In this document: positions 55,585 through 64,000 of the stretch, piece after piece
Numbering within the stretch: the stretch's first letter is position 1
How the letters are laid out: every line of letters starts with the position of its first letter
DNA from: Macrostomum lignano
Taxonomy: Eukaryota
DNA length: 64,000 nt
Direction of reading: 5' to 3'
Assembly: GCA_002269645.1 (NCBI GenBank)
Contig: NIVC01000420.1
Span: forward strand, 62,001-126,000
Position numbers and translations under genes: made by a program
The notes under the pieces: generated by a model
The model's database searches: none
What the model saw: the letters and a program-made list of their open reading frames with translations, nothing else
What the model was told of the DNA's origin: nothing

Positions 55585-56738
55585 CAATGTCGGATGCTAA
55601 TGTACATTCTTCAATCGGATGCTAATGTACATTCTTCAATCGGATGCTAGTGTACATTGTTCAATCGGATGCTAGTGTACATTGTTCAATCGGATGGTAA
55701 TGTACATTGTTCAATCGGATGCTAGTGTACATTCTTCAATTGGATGGTAATGTACATTGTTCAATCGGATGCTAGTGTACATTGTTCAATCGGATGGTAA
55801 TGTACATTGTTCAATCGGATGCTAGTGTACATTGTTCAATCGGATGCTAATGTACATTGTTCAATCGGATGCTAATGTACATTGTTCAATCGGATGCTAA
55901 TGTACATTGTTCAATCGGATGGTAATGTACATTGTTCAATTGGATGCTAATGCACATTGTTCAATCGGATGCTAATAATGTACATTGTTCAATTGGATGC
56001 TAATGTACATTGTTCAATCGGATGCTAATAAAATGTACATTGTTCAATCGGATGCTAATGTACGAGTACATTGTTCAATCGGATGCTAATGTACGAGTAC
56101 ATTGTTCAGTCGGATGCTAATAATGTACATTGTTCAATCGGATGCTAATAAAATGTACATTGTTCAATCGGATGCTAATGTACGAGTACATTGTTCAATC
56201 GGATGCTAATGTACGAGTACATTGTTCAGTCGGATGCTAATAATGTACATTGTTCAATCGGATGCTAGTGTACATTGTTCAATTGGATGCTAATGTACAT
56301 TATTCAATCGGATGCTAATAATGTACATTATTTAATCGGATGCTAATAATGTACATTATTCAATCGGATGCTAATAATGTACATTGTTCAATCGGATGCT
56401 AGTGTACATTGTTCTATCGGATGCTAATAATGTACATTGTTCAATCGGATGCAAATGTACATTGTTCAATCGGATGCTAATGTACATTGTTCAATCGGAT
56501 GCTAATAATGTACATTGTTCAATCGGATGCTAATAATGTACATTGTTCAATTGGATGCTAATGTACATTGTTCAATCGGATGCTAATGTACATTGTTCAA
56601 TCGGATGCTAATGTACATTGTTCAATCGGATGCTAATAATGTACATTGTGCTAATGTACATTGTTCAATCGGATGCTAATGTACATTGTTCAATCGGATG
56701 CTAATAATGTACATTGTGCAATCGGATGCTAATGTACA
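55585..56738. repeat. 25-bp satellite (AATGTACATTGTTCAATCGGATGCT), ~44 units
   Basis: Direct tandem copies with +3 and +8 length variants. Confidence 0.95.
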
Positions 56739-57239
56739 CTGTCTAATTAGGTGAGCCAACGTTCGGCTGTGCTGTTTTTTAGTGTCAAAGGCAGTTCTTT
56801 GTTGAGTAAATTCACAAGTAAATTAGTTTCACAGGTATGTCTGTTTTACTGTCTGAGTTATTCAAGCGTCACGAGCTCTGCTGCACATTAACGCAGTTTA
56901 AATTAGTCAAATTCAATTTTCATTCCAATGCATTGTAACCTGTTATTCTTCCTTTGTCTCGTTTCGTGTTAAAATTGACAAATTTGACATCAGCAACTGG
57001 TACAGGATTTCTCATGCTTTCTAACGTTCTAAGTAGCTATTATTGTACATAGCTGGGTCTACGGACAGCTGTAGCAGAAGGAAGGTACACTCGATTTTCT
57101 TAGAAATGGGCTGGAGGTCGGTAAGGAAAGTGCATTTGTCGTATCGCTGGTGCATTTAGTATGATCTGGAGAACGCATAGCGCTGAATGTGGTTTTGCCA
57201 TAGACGAAGTCAGTCGAGGAAAATTCGATTTCTTTAGAG

Positions 57240-57769
57240 CTGAGGTCAGCAAAATTCCCATAGCAAACATGCGGCCCGCGAAGCCCCTCTATCCGGCCCT
57301 CGGGTCCTTGGAAACTTTACAATAGCAATCCGGGCCGCTCAGGGTTTGCGTCTCCTCAGTTCTCATTTTTGTGGTTCTTTCCTCTCTCTCCTCTCCTCTC
57401 CTCTCCTCTCCCCTCCTCTCTCCCCTCTCCTCTCCTCTCCCTCCTCTCTCCCCTCTCCTCTCCTCTCCTCTCTTCCCTCCTCTCTTCCCTCCTCTCTCCC
57501 TCTCTCTCCTCTCCTCTCCTCTCCCCTCCTCTCTCCCTCTCCTCTCCTCTCCCCTCCTCTCTCCCTCTCCTCTCCTCTCCTCTCCTCTCTTCCCTCCTCT
57601 CTCCCCTCTCCTCTCCTCTCCTCTCCTCTCCCTCCTCTCTCCCCTCTCCTCTCTCCTCTCCTCTCTCCCTCCTCTCTCTCTCCTCTCCTCTCCTCTCCTC
57701 TCCCCTCCTCTCTCTCTCCTCTCTCCTCTCCTCTCTCCCTCTCTCTCTCCTCTCCTCTCCTCTCCTCTC

Positions 57770-57807
<38 letters not shown>

Positions 57808-58340
57808 CCTCTCTCCTCTCCTCTCCTCTCCTCTCCTCTCTCTCTCTCTCCTCTCTCCTCTCTCTCTCCTCTCCTCTCCTCTCCTCTCCTCTCCCTCTCC
57901 TCTCTCCCTCTCCTCTCCTCTCCTCTCTCCTCTCTCTCTCTCTCCTCTCCTCTCTCTCCCTCTTCTCCTCCTCTCTCTCCTCTCTCCCTCTCTCTCTCCT
58001 CTCTCTCTCTCTCTCTTCTCTCCTCTCCTCTTCTCTCCTCTCCTCTGCTCTTCTCTCCTCTCCTCTTCCCTCTTCTCTCTTCTCTCCCCTCTTTCCTATC
58101 CTCTTTATCTTTCATCTTCTCTCCTCTCTCCTCTCATCTGTCCTCTTTCCTTTCATCTCCTCACCTCTCTTCTCTTATCTTCTCTATCCCATCTCTCATC
58201 TCGCCTCTCACCTCCCCTCTTCTCTCATATCTTTTATCCTCTTATTCTCTCTCCTCTATTCCCTTTTCCTCTCTCATCTGGCCCGCAGCAATGATCTAGA
58301 TTTTTTATCGGGCCCCTGGGGTAGAGTTCGCCGACCCCTG
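57240..58340 (-). mobile_element. hAT-like non-autonomous element with ~900-bp polypyrimidine core
   Basis: Degenerate left TIR CTGAGGTCAGCAAA, right TIR GCCGACCCCTG; subterminal sequence is the reverse complement of 61460-61550. TSD not matched. Confidence 0.7.
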
Positions 58341-58893
58341 CTTAAAATAATACTAAGTGCACAAGCGTTACGACAAATTTCTGAGAAAGTCGAGTGCGTC
58401 GTCTTTCTACTGTGGTTGTCAATGACTGTGCCGTGCATAACCTCTACCGTTATATTTCTATTTTGAGTGCTGGGGGTTTATTGCAGTTGATTATTGAATT
58501 TTTCTTGTGTCTAATAGAGGTTAAGTCTTGCAGATTTATCTGCTATTATTTTTCATAATTGACTATTTTAAAGAAGATTTTCATATCAGTTCATTGCGGG
58601 CTATTCAACTCTTATAAACCCGAATATCATATGAGATTTAAATAATCGGTTTGTTATATTTAACTATATAGATTTGATTTACTGATGCTCTTAAAATTTG
58701 TGGTGGAGATTTTTAAACCTGTCAAATTTTTCAAGTGTTGTATTTTTGGTTTTTTATCTTTTATCAACCATTAACTCTTTAAGCAAGTTTGGCGGACCAA
58801 TGGAAAGGATGAAAAGTGGTGTTTCACAAAATCGACATTAAATCATTTTTTATTCTGAAAAACTTTCATTTCATAATAAGTCTCATTGGTTTA

Positions 58894-59730
58894 CAGGGGT
58901 CGGCCAGCTCCGGTCCGCGGGCCACACGGGGTCTTTTGAGACTTCACAATAGCAATCCAGCCCGCTCAATATTCATGTTTCTTTTCAGCTGTTTCTTCTC
59001 TCCTCCTCCCCTCTCCTCTCTCCCCTACCTCTCCCCTCTCCCCTCTTCTCTTTACTCTTCTCTTCCTTCTCTCCTCTCCCCCTCTCCCCTCTCCTCTCTC
59101 CCCTCTCCATTCTCCTCTCTTCCCTCCTCTCTCCCCTCTCCTCTCCTCCTCTCTTCCCTCCTCTCTCCTCTCCTCTCCTCTCTCCTCTCCTCTCTCCCCT
59201 CTCCTCTCCTCTCCTCTCCTCTCCTCTCCTCTCCTCTCCCCTCCTCTCTCCCCTCTCCTCTTCCCTCTCTCTCCCCTCTCCTCTCCTCTCCCCTCCTCTC
59301 TCCCCTCTCCTCTCCTCTCCCCTCCTCTCTCCCCTACCTCTCCCCTCTCCCCTCTTCTCTTTCCTCTTCTCTTCCTTCTCTCCTCTCCCCCTCTCCCCTC
59401 TCCCCCTCTCCATTCTCCTCTCTTCTCCCCTCTTCTCTCTCCCTTCTCCTCTCTTCTCCCCTCTTCTCTCTCCCCTCTCCTCTCTTCTCCCCTCTTCTTT
59501 CCCTTCTCCCCTCTATCCCCTCCCCTCTCTCCTCTCCCCCTCCCTCTCTCTCCTCTCCTCTCCCCTCTTCTCTTCTCTCCTCTTATCTCCTGCCTTTTCT
59601 CTCATCCCATCTCTCGCCTCTCCTCTCCTTTCTTCTCCCATCCCTCATTTTCTACGAGCTCATTTTCCCTCTTCTTTCCTCTCTCATTTGGCCCGCAGCA
59701 ATGAGCTGGTTTCCTTAACTACCCATTGGG
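58894..59730 (-). mobile_element. Second copy of the same hAT-like polypyrimidine family
   Basis: Starts CAGGGGTCGGC; shares CAATAGCAATCC and CTCTCAT.TGGCCCGCAGCAATGA with the 57240 copy. Confidence 0.7.
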
Positions 59731-60349
59731 GTAAATAAGTTTTCTGATCTCTGGTTTAGCATCATTTTTTGTAGCGTAGAAGAGACAATTGGTAAAATTT
59801 TGAGGGAGTATCGCTTTCATTTCTCCTGTGTTCCTGTTGATACCTTGCCAGCTTGCATGCTATCTGCTGGTTGCATCGCGAATTTGACTTACGCAATCCA
59901 GCGTTCCTGTATGAGTCACGTGCTTTGGGTAGCTATAGCGCCACCTTTACTTCGCAACTTGTAGCAGCGACGCATTCCAGATATCAATCAATATAAGAAA
60001 TTTTACTTCAGTTTAGTTGAAGAAATAACAGTTGGCTGCTTGGCATGGCCACTGCAGGTAAACATTCTTCTAGTTTAGCAGTAACTGCGTATTTCATCCT
60101 GCCTGCAGCGAGGCGAGTGGAAAATTTTTATGTTGGACTGAAGCTTTCACGTAAACAGCAATTTGCAGTCAAGAATCTGGTGTCTTAAAAACTGTACACA
60201 TGCACAGTTTCCGTTTGAGATTAGCGTCTAATAGGGGCATGCTTTTGTTCTTAATGTTATAAACTAACGAGACGTCTGTCTGTTCCTTTACACTCGTTGC
60301 TGAATCACCGACCGATGGCATTGCTTAACTAGTGCCGCATGGCTTAGAG

Positions 60350-61563
60350 CAGGGGTCGGCAAGCCCCCTTCCGACTTGCAGAGAAGTGGAGAGGGAAAGG
60401 GAGGCGAGAGAGGAGAGGAGATGAGAGAGGAGAGGGGAGGAGATGAGAGAGGAGAGGGCAGGAGATGAGAGAGGAGATTGCAGGAGATGAGAGAGGAGAG
60501 GGGAGAGATGAGAGAGTAGAGGGGAGGAGATGAGAGAGTAGAGGGGAGGAGATGAGAGAGGAGAGGGGAGGAGATAGAGAGGAGAGGGGATGAGATGAGA
60601 GAGGAGAGGGGAGGAGATGAGAGAGGAGAGAGGAGAGGAGATGAGAGAGGAGAGGTAAGGAGATGAGAGAGGAGAGGCGAGAGATGAGAGAGGAGAGGGG
60701 AGAGGAGATGAGAGAGGAGAGGGGAGGAGATGAGGGCAGGAGATGAGAGAGGAGAGATGAGAGGAGAGAGGAGAGGAGATGAGAGAGGAGAGGGGAGAGA
60801 TGAGAGAGGAGAAGGCAGTAGATGAGAGAGGAGAGGGGAGGAGAGGAGAGGCGAGAGATGAGAGAGGAGAGGGGAGGAGATGAGAGAGGAGAGGCGAGAG
60901 ATGAGAGAGGAGAGGGGAGGAGATGAGAGAGGAGAGAGGAGAGGAGATGAGAGAGGAGAGGTAAGGAGATGAGAGAGGAGAGGCGAGAGATGAGAGAGGA
61001 GAGGGGAGAGGAGATGAGAGAGGAGAGGGGAGGAGATGAGAGAGGAGAGGGCAGGAGATGAGAGAGGAGAGGGGAGAGATGAGAGAGGAGAGGAGAGGAG
61101 ATGAGAGAGGAGAGGCGAGAGATGAGAGAGGAGAGGGGAGAGGAGATGAGAGGAGAGGGGAGAGGAGATGAGAGAGGAGAGGGGAGGAGATGAGGGCAGG
61201 AGATGAGAGAGGAGAGGGGAGAGGGGAGAGATGAGAGGAGAGAGGAGAGGAGATGAGAGAGGAGAGGGGAGAGATGAGAGAGGAGAAGGGAGTAGATGAG
61301 AGAGGAGAGGGGAGAAGATGAGAGAGGAGAGGCGAGAGATGAGAGAGGAGAGGGGAGAGGAGATGAGAGAGGAGAGGGGAGGAGATGAGAGAGGAGAGGT
61401 GAGGAGATGAGAGAGGAGAGGGGAGGAGATGAGAGAGGGAAGGAGAGAAAAGAAGAGATGAGACACAAGCCTTGAGCTGCTCGGATTGCTATTCTGAAGT
61501 ATCAAAGGACCCGAGGCCCAGATAGAGAGGCTTCGCGGGCCGGAGTTTGCAAGCCGACCCCTG
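60350..61563 (+). mobile_element. Intact-ended hAT-like non-autonomous element with ~1.1-kb polypurine core
   Basis: TIRs CAGGGGTCGGC...GCCGACCCCTG; 8-bp TSD GCTTAGAG/GGTTAGAG (7 of 8). Confidence 0.85.
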
Positions 61564-61854
61564 GGTTAGAGGGTGTTAGCTGTTGCTGAGCATAAAAAGT
61601 GCTCACAGGGGAAGTTATCTCATCAAAGGAAACAAGTGCTATTTCTTAGAAGTTCTGTGAGACTGAAGATGAAGAAATGGGGTTCTTGCTACATAGTTGG
61701 CATCTCTGAAACCAACGAAAATGTCTGGTTTGGGGTGGATACAGAGCAGCTCACCGGTGACTTGTCTGACTTTCGCGTCAAAGTACGAGCTAACCTCTGC
61801 GTTTGATTCCGTGTGCAGTTGCATTAAGTTGAATTGCATCATGCTCGAAAATGG

Positions 61855-62010
61855 GTGCGGCCCGCGAAGCCTCTATCTGGCGGCCCTTGGGTCTTTGAAC
61901 TACACAATGGCAATCCGGCCCGCTAAATTTTTGTCTCTTCTGGGCTCTCTTTTCAGTTCTCTCCTCTCCTGCTCTCTTCTCTCTTCTCTCATCTTTATCT
62001 GGTCCTTGAG
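61855..62010 (-). mobile_element. Short fragment of the same hAT-like family
   Basis: GCGGCCCGCGAAGCCTCTATCTGG...GCAATCCGGCCCGCT followed by a short CT tract. Confidence 0.6.
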
Positions 62011-63141
62011 GTCCTTGAGGCCTCGACATGCCGTTCCCGTCCATTAGGTCCACCCCCCAGGCACGCACCTCCGAACTACGTAGATTTAAGGCTTACAGTG
62101 CATGAACAATGTTTACCTCTAAGCAAAGCCTATTCGTCAGAAGTTTAATTTTCACACCAGCTCTTGTTGTTCAATAAAGCACTGCAACAATTTTTCTATA
62201 AATGCCAAATCAAAATGCGGTCTGTTATGCTGCAGAATTGACTGCATGTTTTCTGTAATAATGTTTCACACGCAGCCAAAGTTATAATAAGATAAATAAT
62301 GCGCGATCCAATGCAGCAATTTGCGCAGATGGAGCCGCTTAGCTTATACTTCAGTAATTTATGATTCAACCCGGCTTCACTCGTGCTGAAAATTTCCTGA
62401 TTTCCTGCAAAGATTTCCAAGCTAGCAGTACTGAATCTCGCATTTCGTTTGAATATACACTAAACACGTTGTTAACGAGAACTTTCTATAAACTTATTAC
62501 AATAATTTATTACAATATCAATAATGTAATTCTTGATGCGACACTTCTATCAATTATGCTAGCTTGAATATTGTTTGGATGATATTATATACCGGTAGCT
62601 GTTAAACTAGACTGACACTTGCGAGACTCCGGTTTGAACTGGCGTTGAACTCGGAACACATTTCGCTGCTTCACCAGACAGGCACGTGATCGTTCAAGTT
62701 AACTGAGGGAGAGAATCTAGAAAGGGTGAGAAAAACTGCATCTTACGCTTTGGTCCAATCTGCATGCACTGCGTGACTTCTCTCTCGCATAAACAGATTG
62801 CTAGCCCTGCAAAGTAGCTTTGCCAACCCCCTCATGTGGGGGGCATGTATAAAGCCAACTGGACCTAAGGTGCGATTTTCATCACTTTCGCCCGCCGTTG
62901 TAGCTTTTAACTAATTCAGCCAAGTGTTTTTATACCGGCTTGCAAAGCGGTAAGCGTAGCTTGTTGCTAAGCTCTGCAGCCTACCAAGTTGTCTATGGTG
63001 AAAAGCTGGGTTGACGTTGACCTCAAACGTCAACTTGGCATTCGTATTTTTTATTTGCCTTCACTTGAGCACTGATTTGAACAAACAGAATCAACTCTAA
63101 TAACAAATAACCCCACTATTCTAATTGAAGTTCGAGTCACC

Positions 63142-63411
63142 ATGTCCACCTCTGAGGAAGCCAAGCCCGAGTTCCTGTCCGACGTCAGCAAATTCAACAC
63201 GGAAAAGTTGAAGAAAGTCGAATCTCTGGACAAGACGGTGCTGCCGAGCGCTGAACAAGTTGAGCAGGAGAAACGCGAGGTCAGCCTTCGAGAGGAGATT
63301 GAGAAGGGCACCGAGCTGAAGCATGTCGAGGTGCAGGAGAAGACCGTCTTGCCGTCCAAGGAGGAAATCGAAGAGGAGAAGAAGCGTCAGTCGCAGGGTG
63401 ACAGTTCGTGA
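63142..63411 (+). CDS. Two-repeat beta-thymosin/WH2 actin-binding protein (89 aa), intronless CDS
   Basis: FNTEKLKKVESLDKTVLPSAEQVEQEK and LKHVEVQEKTVLPSKEEIEEEK match the LKKTETQEKNPLP thymosin motif; AATAAA near 63586. Confidence 0.92.
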   Translation: MSTSEEAKPEFLSDVSKFNTEKLKKVESLDKTVLPSAEQVEQEKREVSLREEIEKGTELKHVEVQEKTVLPSKEEIEEEKKRQSQGDSS

Positions 63412-64000
63412 TTGCGTGCTGTCTGCTTTCTGATGACTGCCCCCTCTCTGTCTTGGCATAAATTCCAACGACAAATTACTGCTCTCCAAACCTTCCTAAG
63501 TAATGATCTGTTTGTGTAACTGATTGGTTGCCGGCTTCTTAACTAATCAAGCAATTTCATTAATCAGCGTTAGTAAAGCTATTTAATAAATTCATAAAAC
63601 GATAATAACAAAAAATACGCCAATAAACTGGTACCATCAACAACTATTTATTTAAGTGTTTCTCATATAGTTGTTTCTTACAACCAGTGAGATTGTTTTT
63701 TTCGTGACTTACTCGTATTTCTGCTGAGCATGTCGAAGTTCAATTAGAAATGAACGGAGCGGAAATGAAATTGTAATAAAGTTTTTTCCTGGAATCTTTT
63801 GCTTTTCATAGCTCGTACGGAGCAAAATAGTGAAAGAAGAATTTATTTGTTGCACCCAAAGAGTATTGAGGTCGCCTGGTATAGAGTGCCAATAAGGATG
63901 AAAATCTGAAGCCGATTTTTAGAATCCACCCACCCCCTCCGGTCACCAAGCTTTTTAGTCTATGGCACAAGTTGTGGCTAGAATGGTGTACAAAGCCGAT

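Noticed and set aside
57346-61505. Long Ser/Leu/Pro-rich and Glu/Arg/Gly-rich ORFs
   Set aside because: By-products of CT/GA low-complexity tracts, which lack stop codons.

Overview
Eukaryotic, intron-containing and repeat-rich genomic DNA. The GC-rich CAG/Gln-heavy exons, short introns and dense minisatellites resemble a free-living flatworm such as Macrostomum; this is an inference, not a database match. I could assemble or partly assemble eight protein-coding genes by hand from splice signals and reading-frame phase: (1) the terminal exon of a probable transcription regulator with an eh1-like motif; (2) an intronless Lunapark-like membrane Zn-ribbon protein whose linker is a 30-bp CCAAT-box tandem array; (3) a small 3-exon orphan gene with an SxIP motif; (4) an intronless divergent class-A GPCR; (5) a ~1,400-aa disordered protein on the minus strand with a 34-nt micro-exon; (6) a 6-exon Sec14/CRAL-TRIO + spectrin-repeat protein with a GC-AG intron; (7) a LYSMD3/4-like LysM-TM gene with an apparent frameshift; (8) a two-repeat beta-thymosin. 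Between them lie decayed RTE LINEs, a 2.24-kb solo-LTR-like element with a 4-bp TSD, a mariner remnant, a Tc1 remnant carrying a nested 1.45-kb foldback element, several MITEs with verifiable TIRs and TSDs (P-like, hAT-like, Tc1/mariner-like), a hAT-like family carrying kilobase polypurine tracts, and more than ten mini/microsatellites. I found no CRISPR array, rRNA or tRNA gene, and no single multi-gene novel system; the most unusual signals are transposon architectures and repeat/exon interactions.
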